A DNA stretch of 63,984 bases, counting the filler, from Alloascoidea hylecoeti (Eukaryota), in NCBI GenBank assembly GCA_001600815.1. It is 11 parts of 9 records of this genome, joined end to end, with 100 filler letters (N's around TTAATTAATTAA, not from the genome) between each part and the next. Parts side by side here need not be neighbours in the genome. Positions count along the whole stretch, not along the records: positions 1 to 26,954 come from BCKZ01000009.1; 10 more parts are not named here. One strand, given 5' to 3'. Shown in pieces: positions 1-11,718 of the stretch; position 1 is the stretch's first letter, and every line of letters starts with the position of its first letter. The translations under genes and the position numbers were made by a program. The notes under the pieces were generated by a model that saw only the letters and a program-made list of their open reading frames with translations, did not search any database and was not told where the DNA came from.

Positions 1-311
1 GTTAATGCTTATGTTCTGGATACTGGTTTCAATTTTGATAATCCGGAATTTGAAGGAAGAGGTCATTTTGGTGCTGATTTCACTGGTGATGGACCTGGTG
101 ATTTCCATGGTCATGGTAATTATTTATCTTTAATTTTTAAATAACATTAATACTAACCNTTAAATATTATAATCAAGGAACTCATGTGGCTGGTATTATT
201 GGTTCGAAGACATATGGAGTATCCAAAAATATTGATCTTTACGATGTAAAAGTTTTAGGAAATACTGGTGCCGGATCGACTGCAAATTGCCTTGCTGGTA
301 TTGAATTTGCC
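1..311 (+). CDS. Subtilisin-like (S8, proteinase K/Prb1 family) serine protease, 5' part of catalytic domain; exons 1-115 and 178-311; homology breaks at 311
   Basis: Translates to VNAYVLDTG (catalytic Asp)...DFHGHGTHVAGIIGSKTYGV (catalytic His)...CLAGIEFA; intron 116-177 GTAATT..TACTAAC..AAG. Confidence 0.9.
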
Positions 312-421
312 ATGATTATAAAATGAAACAACCGCATAGCAACAATTATAGTGCATATTTCATAGTTTGACATCTGTTTTTCGTTTGATGTTGAACGACC
401 AATGATTTTGGTTTTTTCTGT

Positions 422-663
422 TAACACCTACCCCAGTTACTAAAGGAAGCAACGGTATCTGCCCTATTTAAAACAGGATGTCTCCAAGATCCTTAAAAAG
501 AGTTAGATATAAATCAAAAGGATCAAGTATTATGAAAAGAAGATTTGATAATTACCAAATGATAAATTTGCTACACCAGGAATCTTAGATTTTTCATGAT
601 GATTTACGGCAAATTCAATACCAGCAAGGCAATTTGCAGTCGATCCAGCACCAGTATTTCCTA
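422..663 (-). pseudogene. Inverted, internally deleted copy of part of the same subtilisin gene, retaining an intron
   Basis: Minus strand reads GNTGAGSTANCLAGIEFAVNHHEKSKIPGVANLSFG-intron-[22 protein letters not shown]; 608-663 is a near-perfect inverted copy of ~257-311, and ~425-461 matches ~2850-2886. Confidence 0.85.
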
Positions 664-986
664 TGTCATATCACATATTGCTTCTCTATAAATATATTTA
701 GTTGCATTATNTTGAATACTTAATACCTCTTTTGATCTGACATCTTTGAACTGTAGTTATTATCTGTATATATATAATAATATACTGATAATAAATTCAA
801 ATAGGCGAAAAGTCAAAAAGAATGAAATATCAGGATTGGGGTAATCCTGTTTCTTATAAATAGCGTATAGTTTCTACTTTTAATATATATAAACCATCCA
901 ATATATTTTACATTTTACTTTCCATTACTGACATATAAAACTAAATCTACCAAGAGGTAAATTTTACATGATCATGAACTGCAGGA

Positions 987-1568
987 TCAAAAAAAACAAT
1001 TTTCAAATCTCGTACCCCTACACTTATCTTCATTGTAAAGTTGTTCTTTTNTAAAATTTAATTCAAACAACTTTTTGTTTTCTTCTGTTCCAAAAATTAA
1101 ACCAAATTTTACTGACAAAAGTTGATCATAATTTTCTAGATAATTTGTTCTGNGAATGTCTGTAGTTCTAGTAATCGTGTATCTTTGATACACATATTCT
1201 TCATCTAGATTTAAAGAGTCATGTAAATTAAAATCTTCAGAAGATGAGTCTTTTAATTTATATTCAGGCTGAATTGTGTGCACTGCTAATGATTTGTAAT
1301 CGGCATTAGTGTAGACTGGCCTCGAAGTTGGAATTGAATATATTGCAAGATAACTTTCACGTTGAAAAGTAATTGGGTTGATACCATGGCAAAATTTTAC
1401 CCTACAAACTATGGGGTTCGACCANTTTTGTGGCTGTTTTGGATCATTCTGAATCAAAATTTTTGCTCTCATTGTGAAAACTACTTCTGGATATTTATAA
1501 TATTTTAGTAAAGTTTTCATGGCCTTCTTATCTTGATCAATTATCGAAATCAAATGCTTTTTGTCCAT
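987..1568 (-). CDS. Hypothetical 193-aa protein; C-terminus weakly resembles a PH-like (EVH1/RanBD) fold
   Basis: Uninterrupted ATG-initiated ORF in very AT-rich DNA; KFGLIFGTEENKKLFELNF resembles the last strand and helix of PH-like domains; contains isolated Ns. Confidence 0.5.
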   Translation of the reverse strand: MDKKHLISIIDQDKKAMKTLLKYYKYPEVVFTMRAKILIQNDPKQPQXWSNPIVCRVKFCHGINPITFQRESYLAIYSIPTSRPVYTNADYKSLAVHTIQPEYKLKDSSSEDFNLHDSLNLDEEYVYQRYTITRTTDIXRTNYLENYDQLLSVKFGLIFGTEENKKLFELNFXKEQLYNEDKCRGTRFENCFF

Positions 1569-2440
1569 GATAAAATTATTATAGTATTGATTTCTAGGGA
1601 TAATGGTAAAGAAAAAGAGCTCAAGTGAAAAAAATAATCATAATTAATATATTCATATGCATAATATCAAAAAGGTATAGGAAACGGTGTTGAAACTTTA
1701 ACGTCAAATAACACTGCATAATTATAACAATTCCATGTAAGATAGCAATNTTGAACTTCTCACTGATATCCCAATACATCAATTGCATGTTTATAATTAT
1801 ATTTTTAGTAAGTACTAGTAGTTATTGCTTTATAGGTGGTCGTAGACTATAGCTATGTGATACAGTAATTATGTTGTTGTGCTAAATATTATAGGTATCG
1901 ATCTTATATAATCAGACATATATTTTTAATTATCATTTTAAATTTGGAATTTTAACCTCCAACATTACAATTTCTAAAGTTTCCTGTATTTCCATTTTCA
2001 TTATTAATTTTTATTTTTCATTATTCCCTTAAATTTAATTAATTAAAATATGCTTACCTTTAATTGTTTTGGATTTGGTGCACTTTCTTCAACTGCTCCC
2101 CAAAAGTTTTTAAACTATATCCCAATCATTTAAATTTTGATTAGTTCATAAATTATCACCATCAAAAAAAAAAATAAAAAATAATTAAATTGAAAACTTA
2201 CTGTTTTTTTTCTTTCATTATGTTAAAGTTCACCTTATACAATTAAAAGTTTCTAAAATAAAATTATATTGACCAATCAAGTCAGTGCAAACTGACACAA
2301 CAATATATATGTAAATAGTTCGATAGATATATAGACTCAACTACTTAACATACTAAATTTTAACATCAATATTATCAATATATTTATATNAATTAATACA
2401 CGAACTAAAGGTGTTAATAACTGTAAATAAGATAATTAGA

Positions 2441-2656
2441 ATGGAAGATAAACAATCAACAAGTAGGTATACAGCCAATAGTCTTGGTCCACAAGTCGTC
2501 GATCTCTCAGAAGGAGTCAAGAAAATTGAAGATTCAAATGCCTTAATGAATAAGAAAATTGATGAGATGATTAAAACGTTCAATCGGCTTATGAATGTCA
2601 AGGGCATAACGAATAAGGATAATTTGGATGAAGTAGATCTTGAATGTGCATATGAA
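2441..2656 (+). CDS. Hypothetical protein N-terminus with coiled-coil-like segment, truncated by scaffold gap 2657-2756
   Basis: MEDKQSTS...LSEGVKKIEDSNALMNKKIDEMIKTF open to the gap; heptad-like pattern. Confidence 0.35.
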
Positions 2657-2756
2657 NNNNNNNNNNNNNNNNNNNNNNNNNNNNNNNNNNNNNNNNNNNN
2701 NNNNNNNNNNNNNNNNNNNNNNNNNNNNNNNNNNNNNNNNNNNNNNNNNNNNNNNN

Positions 2757-3328
2757 GGTTGCCGCAGGAAATGAAAACATAGATGCCTGCCTATATTCAC
2801 CTGCAAGCTCCCAATTAGCTGTAACTGTTGGTGCAATGGATCCAATGACAGATACCGTTGCTTCCTTTAGTAACTGGGGTAGGTGTGTCGATATTTTTGC
2901 ACCTGGAGTTAATATTGAAAGTTTGGGATTAAAAGGTAAGAAAATACATGATATCTCAGGATTAAAGTATATAACTAATATTTAAAATAGNTTACGAAAC
3001 TGAAATATACAGTGGCACATCGATGTCCTCTCCTGTTGTTGCTGGTTTGATCGGAAATTTCTTAAGTAGTGATGAAGATCCAGAAAACGCTATTCAAAAT
3101 TTGAAAACACTTGCCTCAAGTGATCTTTTACCTGATCATACATCAAGATTTTTAGGAAGAAAATCAGAAAGATTGGTTTCATTTAATGGTATTGGTGAGA
3201 AACCATGGGAAGATGAAGAAGAAGAAGATGATGATGATGAAGATGAAGAAGATGGTGATCATTTTGAAGAAAATAAAATTGAATTAAATTTATTTAAAAG
3301 ATTGGTCCATTTCAATCATGATTTATAA
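2757..3328 (+). CDS. Subtilisin-like protease 3' part; exons 2757-2935 and 2991-3328; acidic tail
   Basis: [17 protein letters not shown]...[17 protein letters not shown] and [12 protein letters not shown] (catalytic Ser); intron 2936-2990 GTAAGA..ACTAAT..TAG. Confidence 0.9.
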
Positions 3329-3559
3329 GTAGCTTTTGTGAATATTCACTTTATAATATATATTTATTTTTATTCCATGCCTAATCAATTTTGTAAAAGT
3401 TCAATTTACTGTCTTCCATATAGTTGATATTCATGCTGATGATATAACCTTATTTACAATATTTAATTATCACTAAAAGTAAAATTCTTAGTTAAGTTGG
3501 CTGATTTGAAATGAGCTTATTAGATAAATGTTTTAATAACAGAAATATTAGATGTTTTT

Positions 3560-4330
3560 CAAAATTATAAGAATGGAAAGAAAAGTTTGTGACTTTTTCA
3601 ACTGGGTAAATATTGAATCTATCAGTGCAGGATTATAACCAATTACTGAGTAGTGGGAACTCTACTACATGTTCTCAAACTGGTCCTAAAATAGTTCATA
3701 ATGTTCCATAAATTTCAGAGATTCTTTTAGATTATATGAAAGACGCGTTTCAAGTTTATTGTAGTATTAGCACTCTTAACCTCCTATTTTCCTATTTATG
3801 AAATATTATAAGGATCCGCTATATGCACAATCATAACCACCCTTCCAAACTCTAGTATAACACTTAAAACCTCAGACTTTCTTATGTTTTAAATCATTAA
3901 ATGCAACATCACAAATGTTCTGAAACCAGTCCAATAAATCTTTAGATCTTTCTTTCTAGTAGCCGTTAAACCATAGGCATCTCTTTATTGTCCACCGCAC
4001 AATTGGATATTTGATATTAAGCTTTCTGATTTTTCATAAGATTCTAAATCCTTTTTGTTCATTTTACATATTTCGGCCTTTTGGTCTCGTTGTAAGTGTT
4101 TTTGAAAAATGGAAGAATCAGAGGTTCTTAACTATTCTCCGTGGGTAATAATTTTGTGAGTGTATTGCTAATATTAAACCTTTCGACTATTTCATCATAT
4201 ATTGAGCCTTCGTTTCTCAATTTGTATATTTCAACCCCTTGAGCTGGTTAAAACTTTGTAAAACTTTTCTAGGGATAGATTTACTTGAAATTTTCTTTTG
4301 CTGAGTTGTTTTAGAAGTCATTATATCGTA
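3560..4330 (-). mobile_element. Possible highly degenerate Tc1/mariner-type transposase relic
   Basis: Minus-strand fragments QGVEIYKLRNEGSIYDEIVERFNIS (HTH-like) and KRPK; many stops and frameshifts. Confidence 0.3.
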
Positions 4331-4699
4331 TATCATGTTTTTATTTAGAGAGGTATGCTTAAGAATGTAAACACAACTTTAGTACTTCACCCATTTGCAA
4401 TTGTGTACCGTTATAATTATACCGCAAATCACGCTGGTTCCGGAACACTCAAAACTGTTTCATTTGAGCCACAAATTACTAAACAAGAAATATAAATTAT
4501 TAAAAATAATGTTATGAAACTCTACTTAATCTTATAACTCTGATGATATATGTTTCTTTGTGGTATGAGCATTCTTCTACGATGTACCGTATTGCATTTT
4601 ATCTCACCAGCTACAAGCTTCCAACACACATCACTCTTTGTTATTTTCAAATAATTATCTATGATTAGTACTGGTCCATTCTTAGTCTTTATTTCATCT

Positions 4700-5070
4700 A
4701 GATTAGCTTTTAGGGGATCTTCGAGCTTCCTGCATCCCCTAGCTTTTATATTTTCCCAATTGCAGAAATCAACACATGTATCTCATGTTCGATTTTTTCC
4801 AGCCACACTTTGTAAGTTTCTCTAAAACTTCTAAGGATTTTCATTTATCAGGTAAATTACCTATGTAAAATGAAGTTTCCTCCAATTTTTTTTGGTTATT
4901 TCTACTTCTTTTTCTCCTATCCAAACCTCCGAACTTTGATATATTCTGGGGATTAAAAAGAAAAATTCTAGCTGTTACAAAGCACAATACTTTTTACACT
5001 TAGGGGTTATATATATCTTTAGCACTTGAATTCTGGTATATTGTAATAAAATTCTCTTTTTTTCGATACC
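4700..5070 (-). repeat. Degenerate dispersed repeat or coding relic, homologous to ~37530-37895
   Basis: Colinear shared blocks: GGGATCTTCGAGC; TTCTACYTCTTTTTC...AACTTTGA; AGCACTT..TTCTRGTATATT. Confidence 0.55.
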
Positions 5071-5947
5071 AGTGACTGGTGGGATTTTGTAGATACTTTT
5101 CAACTCCGCTTTAGTGCACAATGCCCAATACCTATTTTTATAAAAGGCTGACTATTCATGGACATAATCTCTGTTGTTTCAAAAATTGTGACTTGACGTT
5201 AATATGACCGAAGGAATTGCTACTTCCTTTTTAAAATCCTTTTAAAATATTTGAAAAAGGACATATTATCTTATTAGATGGATACAGCACTCATGTAAGT
5301 TTCCAATTTTTAAGTAAATGAATTAACAATGGTATTAAGCTTTTCATTTCAGGCGACCACACAAGCCAAGGAACCTAGGTATTGGATTTATCTTGCTTTT
5401 AACCATAAAAGCGGAAGCTGAAAAGTATCTACAATGAAAAACTACACGTAGTAACAAGTCCCTAAAAGTATTTGATTGGGCTTTGGAACAAATAGAATTA
5501 TTTCTTTTATCCCCAGAAAATATTATGCATATTCATATGCATAAGTATATTCACATTTGATCCTTAGTGAAATAATTATGAGAAAATATAGAGCACATAA
5601 TATTCTAGATCTACTGAAGTTCTTATTTCAACTATATAACTAAAAAGAAAATCTAAAATATCATGAACAAGAAATTTAAATTTATAGGTTACCGGTAATT
5701 ATTACAGTATAAGCAAATATTTCCAAATATGTATGGTTTAAAGTAAAAAAAAAGAAGAAGAATCAATTGACCTCCTTAAAGCGTAATTCTATTGATTTAA
5801 TGAATTCGAAGCTAGAAAATAGATTAAAACATCAATTGTAACAGTAATTTAATGAGAGTAGACAGTAATAATAATATGATCTTTACAATTTCTCAAAATA
5901 ATAATAAAAAAAGAAATTAAAAAATCAAAAGTTACATCAATTTACAA

Positions 5948-7534
5948 TTAGAAGAGCGACAATAAAAAGCTTCCAAATGCGATTCCAAATGCTGTTACTG
6001 AACCAGCTTTTAAAATAAAAGCACCTCCAGTATGTACCGCAACTGTTTGACTTGCCAGAGTTGTACTAACTGTAGATTCAAGCTTATCAGTTGTCTCAGA
6101 TTTAGAAGTTATAGTCAATGTAATTGTTTTTGATTTAGTACCAGCAAGAGTAGTTAAAGAATCTGTTGAGGTTGGCTTGCTTGAAGTAGCAGGAGGGCAA
6201 TAAGTTTCAGTCAATGTGACAACAGACCCAAAAACTTCAGTAGCCCTTGTGTAAGTAATTGCACTTGCAGTCTCCACATGTGTAGCCAAAGTAATAGTAC
6301 ATATTGGACAAGTTGTGATTGTATATGTTTCCGATTTATCTATTATAGTTAAAGTAATAGTTTCTTGTACGCCAGTTGCGACTGTAGTATTTTCATACAT
6401 AGATTGTATTGGGGTAGAGGGAGTTAAAGGAGGAGTAACAGCAACAGAAACACTTGGGAAACCTGATGAAGAGGTGATAATTGGAATAGATCTCTCAGCT
6501 GTTGTTGTAGCTTGTACTTCGGTAGAAGCTGCACTTTCTAAGGCAGATGATGCTTCGCTTCCAATACTCCAGGTAGACGCACCAGCAAAGTTACATAGAT
6601 TAATGGCATCATTGGTAGCAGCTATAACATCTGTTCCTGAACAAGATTCAGCCCAGCAGCTTGCAACACGATCATTAAATGATGGGAAGAGACAGTTACA
6701 ACCGACACCATTAGGAGGACATACCGTATCAGCTGTCATTTCAACACAGGATTTAGCACATTCTGGCAAACAACCAATGATGTTGTCGCTCCATCCATTA
6801 TACTCAACCTCTTTTGGGAAACTAGGAATCAAACCGTAAGTAGCATAAGTGATAAAATTATAAGAGACAGTCGAGAAACAAAGAGCTTCATCTAAAGATA
6901 TAGGAATATCAGGAGCCGCAGTTACAGTAATAGCAGCACTTGTGGAATCTGATGGAGACCCACTGATTGTTGAAGTTGAAGGAGAAGTTGAAGTTGAAGT
7001 TGGAATAGAAGTAGATACAATGAAGGTACTACTGGGTGTTGGGGTAGATACATATGTAGAAACTTCAGCTGATGGTGTGGATTTGGTGGAAGAACTTGTT
7101 GAACTTGCTGTATTCGAAGCTGCACTTGCTAAAGCAGATGATGCCGAACTTCTTATACTCCAGGTAGAAGCTCCAGCGAAGTTACAAATATTAATGGCAT
7201 CATTGGTAGCAGCCATAACATCTGTTCCTGAACAAGATTCAGCCCAGCAGCTTGCAACACGATCATTAAATGCTGGAAAAAAACATAGACAACCAACATC
7301 ATAATCAGGACATACCGTATCATCTGGTATTTCCACACATGATTTAGCACATTCTGGTAAACAGTCAACAATGTTTTCTGCGAATCCATTATATTCAACC
7401 GTTTTTGGGAAACTAGGAACCTTACCATAATTACCAAAAGTAACGGAAGAATATGAAGCAGTTGAAAAACATTCGGCTGCTGTCAACCCAATGTAAGCCA
7501 GACTAGTTAAAAAGATATACTTTTGGTATCCCAT
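5948..7534 (-). CDS. GPI-anchored cell-wall protein with two tandem CFEM domains (Rbt5/Pga7/Csa1 heme-acquisition family); likely start MGYQKY at 7534
   Basis: Signal peptide; two 8-Cys CFEM repeats (CLPECAKSCV..CP....GC.C..F...VASCWAESC..C) each preceded by PSFPK.VEYNG[FW]; Ser/Thr stalk; hydrophobic GPI tail. Confidence 0.9.
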   Translation of the reverse strand: MGYQKYIFLTSLAYIGLTAAECFSTASYSSVTFGNYGKVPSFPKTVEYNGFAENIVDCLPECAKSCVEIPDDTVCPDYDVGCLCFFPAFNDRVASCWAESCSGTDVMAATNDAINICNFAGASTWSIRSSASSALASAASNTASSTSSSTKSTPSAEVSTYVSTPTPSSTFIVSTSIPTSTSTSPSTSTISGSPSDSTSAAITVTAAPDIPISLDEALCFSTVSYNFITYATYGLIPSFPKEVEYNGWSDNIIGCLPECAKSCVEMTADTVCPPNGVGCNCLFPSFNDRVASCWAESCSGTDVIAATNDAINLCNFAGASTWSIGSEASSALESAASTEVQATTTAERSIPIITSSSGFPSVSVAVTPPLTPSTPIQSMYENTTVATGVQETITLTIIDKSETYTITTCPICTITLATHVETASAITYTRATEVFGSVVTLTETYCPPATSSKPTSTDSLTTLAGTKSKTITLTITSKSETTDKLESTVSTTLASQTVAVHTGGAFILKAGSVTAFGIAFGSFLLSLF

Positions 7535-7799
7535 TTTCAATTTGATTAGATTATTCTTTTGATGTGGAATTAAATATTGGGATAGAAAGTAGCGAACGAA
7601 GGGCGTGAAATTTGAACTCACTAGATTGAATTGATAAATCAAAATCTCTTAATATTCCAACATATTAGGAGGAAATTGACTTGTTTTTATAGCAATGAGT
7701 TAACAATTCCTTAAACTTATTTTAAGTTGGAAATCAGATGTAAAAGATAATCGTCATAACTATAATCAAAACAAGTAGAAAATTTCAACATTTCATTTC

Positions 7800-8055
7800 A
7801 TTTCTTTTTGGTTGGATTGATAAAATTTCACAAAATATTAATGATCATACTCTCAAGTTCATAATGAATGTAACAATATTAATAGTATTGATGAATTAAT
7901 TGATATTTTCTGAAAAGTAATTCAACATATGTACTTTGTAGATGGAACATACTTTGACTTCACTGAAAGTACTCGGTGCCCGAGGAAATTTCAGTATTAT
8001 CTAATTCATCTTATGAAAATTCATTTTCCATTTGTTAAGGTACATTTTATAACTT
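7800..8055. promoter_or_regulatory. Upstream region of the CFEM gene, duplicated in inverted orientation at ~26450-26880
   Basis: GCCCGAGGAAATTTCAGTATTATCTAATTCATCT (7978-8011) is identical to the reverse complement at ~26499-26532, with weaker flanking similarity. Confidence 0.65.
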
Positions 8056-10367
8056 AAATGCATAAGCTAAGTCTCTTGGTATGTACAAATGGTGAAAAAC
8101 TTATGCATTATAACCTTATGCATATTTCTATAGGGTATTTAGATTATTAGAGAAATTTTTAACAAACCAAAGCTTAAGCCTACCTACAAGAAATCAAACA
8201 CAACAACATTAATATACTGCTATGGAGTTATGAACTACAAATAGTTTTCAGTGAAAGCAGGAGTGTAACTATACATGTAAGTATATAGTAATCTTAAAGA
8301 GGTATATTGATCTTTTAGATAATACTAAACTTGATCTAAATTTCTTAGTACTAATTAACTTTAACAAACGATGTAGCCTCTTATACAACCTTATTAGCTA
8401 GTCAAGTGTGGTATAGTCGATGATATCAGCATTTTAGTGTATACATATATCACCAGCCGCCACAACGGCTAAACGCTCGTCGCTCACTAATCCTTCGGTA
8501 TTCCGATGGCAAACGGAACTGAATGGCTTATACGCTAAATTGGGCTTATTTCACATTATTATTAGAAAATCTCAAATCTCAATAAACAGTCTTAAATTTT
8601 CCAAATACATTTACCAAAAGTACAAGAATTTTTGTCAAATAAAAACTTAGGACCCTGGTTAATAAATATTATTTTATTTTTTATTTATTTACATACACGT
8701 TATATTTATCTTTTAATTGATATTTTAACTATTCACTTTAAACTATTATGGTCATAAGCTTCTGCAATATAAGTTATGAGCTCTGATACTAAAGGTAGAG
8801 CAGCTAGAACCTAATTTAAATTATAAAATGTATAAAGCTAATTATTAGAAAAGAAAAATTTACAAATGAAATAGACTTCTAAATGTTCATTTACTGGACT
8901 TTCAATACTCTTAATGAGACTTATATTATACATGTCCTGTAACATCTGAAATATGAATATGCTTCTGAATTGGGGTAACTACTGTACCAAATTCTAAATA
9001 CAGAGACTGTGAGAATACAGAACCACGCGCTGAGCAAAATTTGGTAATAATGGGATCTCAAACAAAAGTATCTTTCGCATTCACACCCCATAGCATTAAG
9101 TTTTTGACTCTTATCAATACCGTTTACAAAGATATCCCGAAAAAAAAGTTAAAAATTCTTCAACCGCGAACAATTGGTTCAAATTATTCGAAATTGTGAA
9201 ATTTATAATGAAATCTGACTAACAAGTGATGTTGTATACTCCAATTTCCGAATTTAATTCACACAAAAGAAGGACGGCATCCACAGCTAGCCATTGATAA
9301 TTAATTATGTGTAAACTATCTCCCAATCGCATATTTATAACAGTTGTGATAAATTGACTATTCATTATAATTACATTTCACCACGATTGTGTTATAAGTA
9401 AATTTCCAGAAAATAAACAAAAATGGTTATCTTAATGTAATTAACTTTAAATCATTATTCATGAATATTTTATATAGGCCTACACATTTAGTTTTCGTTA
9501 GTAATTTGACTGAACGGGACTTACCCATAATAATCTTAACTGCTTTCTTTTGGATTAATGTTGATGTATAGGCCCTATTTTGTTTTTTTTTCTAGAAATT
9601 AGCACCTTACTATGTTCGAATTCGTTGAAAATGTTTTCTACCAACGCTCTCGATCCCTTTTTACTGGCCAGTCTGTGAGATATTGCCTTTAGCTTAGTAT
9701 TTATAAGGATACTCTTTGTTTACTTTAATAAATCCACAACTTTCGATACTCACGAGAATCTTACACGGTCCTTTTCAGGTGTGCGTTATTTGCCCGTATC
9801 TTGATCTAGACAGGTTCAGTACATGACATTCCTTCATCCCAGGTCTCCTTTTATACTCCCAATAACGTTATATATTATGGTTATAAATAAAAAGGCATAG
9901 AGGGATTTATGATAAATTCAATTTCATTGATTTATACTAAATTTTATAGTGAATGTGGAGCGATCATTACAAATATATTCTTTACCGATTTTCACACCTT
10001 CGCGTATATCGGGATTAAACCATAACAATGAAAATAACCGTTAAATTAAGAATTATAATTATTCATGGGGCTCTATGTATGAAAATTAATATTTCACAAA
10101 AGAACAACTAGTCTGGTACTAAATATATGTAGATCAGAACAGCAAAAGAAATTGTAAAGCTTATGATAGGATAGTGTAAACATATTGGCTTGATAACGTT
10201 ATATAACTATATCAGTTAGCTACGTGTACAATTGTTATCTATAACAATATGTAATGGAGATAGTGTAGATATCGGCCAAGGTTTACTTGCTATTATTTAT
10301 GCATTCCTCTTTTATAACATTATGTATGCGTATGATGACTAATGCAGGTGAAATCTAGATGTTCAGT

Positions 10368-10405
10368 GCTCCGCTTTGTTCACTCCGCTTTGTTCACTCC
10401 GCTTC
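10368..10405. repeat. Short tandem repeat, 14-bp unit CTCCGCTTTGTTCA, about 2.5 copies
   Basis: Direct reading. Confidence 0.7.
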
Positions 10406-10906
10406 TCAAACCTCCGGATCTGTCAGATCCAACAAAAATTTAAAGATTAATGAAATAGTAACAATTAATTCATATTATATACATATATATCAAATACAAG
10501 CCCAACAAAGGAATAAAATAAGTATATGCTTATATAAAATTTAGATAGACACCATACACCATTCGGTGGTGATCATGATTATAGTTTCTCTTTTTAAGGA
10601 CTTTCAAAAAACATGACTCAATTCAATGACTTAAATCAATCAACAAACATATAAAAGATAGAGTATAATTGTATAGTAATAAATAAATAAAAATAAAAAT
10701 CTATTCTGATCAGATTAATAGATCTCACAAAATAAGTGAGGATTCATACCTTGTATCTAACATAGTTATAATTTCAGAAGACAATTAATTAATATTATAT
10801 CATCATCAATTGAAATTTTATTCAATCGCCGCAAAAAAAAAAAAAATTATTCTTCTTCAGCCGGATATCGTCAATTCCCAAACAATTAAAAAAATTTAAA
10901 ATTTTC

Positions 10907-11401
10907 TTATTTTAAAATTGTATTTTGACTTCTCTTTGTTCTGTAGTCTTTAATTGCACTTTTAATAGCATCTTCAGCCAACATGCTACAATGTAGTTTA
11001 ACAGGTGGTAAAGCCAATTCTTTAGCAATAACAGTATTCTTAATCTTTGCTGCTTCTTCTAAACTCATACCTCTAACAAGTTCAGTGACGTAACTTGAAC
11101 TAGCAATAGCTGAACCACATCCAAAAGTTTTAAATTTGACATCTTGAATTATACCATCGTCGTCGACACGGATTTGTAATTTCATAACATCACCACAGGC
11201 CGGGGCGCCAACTAAACCGGTTCCAACAGTTGGATCAGCTTTCGGTAATGAACCAACATTACGCGGGTTGTTATAGTGGTCAATGACTTTTTCATGATAA
11301 TTCCGTCGAAAAGTTTGAACTTGAGGTATGGATGAACGAACCAGAGAGGAGCCTAAAGTTGGAAGTCTTGGAGCAATTTGTCTTGTAACACGAGAAATCA
11401 T
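10907..11401 (-). CDS. ISU1: Mitochondrial Fe-S cluster scaffold (IscU family)
   Basis: Presequence, YHEKVIDHY, APACGDVM, FGCGSAIASSS, LPPVKLHCSMLAEDA. Confidence 0.97.
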   Translation of the reverse strand: MISRVTRQIAPRLPTLGSSLVRSSIPQVQTFRRNYHEKVIDHYNNPRNVGSLPKADPTVGTGLVGAPACGDVMKLQIRVDDDGIIQDVKFKTFGCGSAIASSSYVTELVRGMSLEEAAKIKNTVIAKELALPPVKLHCSMLAEDAIKSAIKDYRTKRSQNTILK

Positions 11402-11718
11402 AATTGTTTTAAGGTAATAGAATAAAATTGGCCTTGAGGTTAGAATTTTATTTATGTGTGGTGGAAGTGGAAGAAAAAGGAAGAAAAGCGAGAGGAAACA
11501 CCGGAGGTTTTATATCTTAAACGGGCTAATCAGATGCCATCTAAAAAAGGACCCGAGCCCCAGGTCTCCGAAGCCGGACCCATCTTACGCACGCGGGCCC
11601 GCAAACCTTCTGGGATTCAACTGCCCAATCAGGAGACTCTATCCCCGGTCTCAGTACGGATATACCGCTAAAAAAAACGGAGCTCTCGGTGATAGCGGAC
11701 ACAACATTGGATATACAA

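Noticed and set aside
6315..7304. Antisense ORFs over the CFEM gene, and similar ones at 51242, 53645 and 58243
   Set aside because: Shadow ORFs of Ser/Thr-rich repetitive coding sequence on the other strand.
9945..9995. 18S rRNA 3' end / ITS1 resemblance (GATCATTAC)
   Set aside because: Only about 9 matching bases and no upstream 18S helix.
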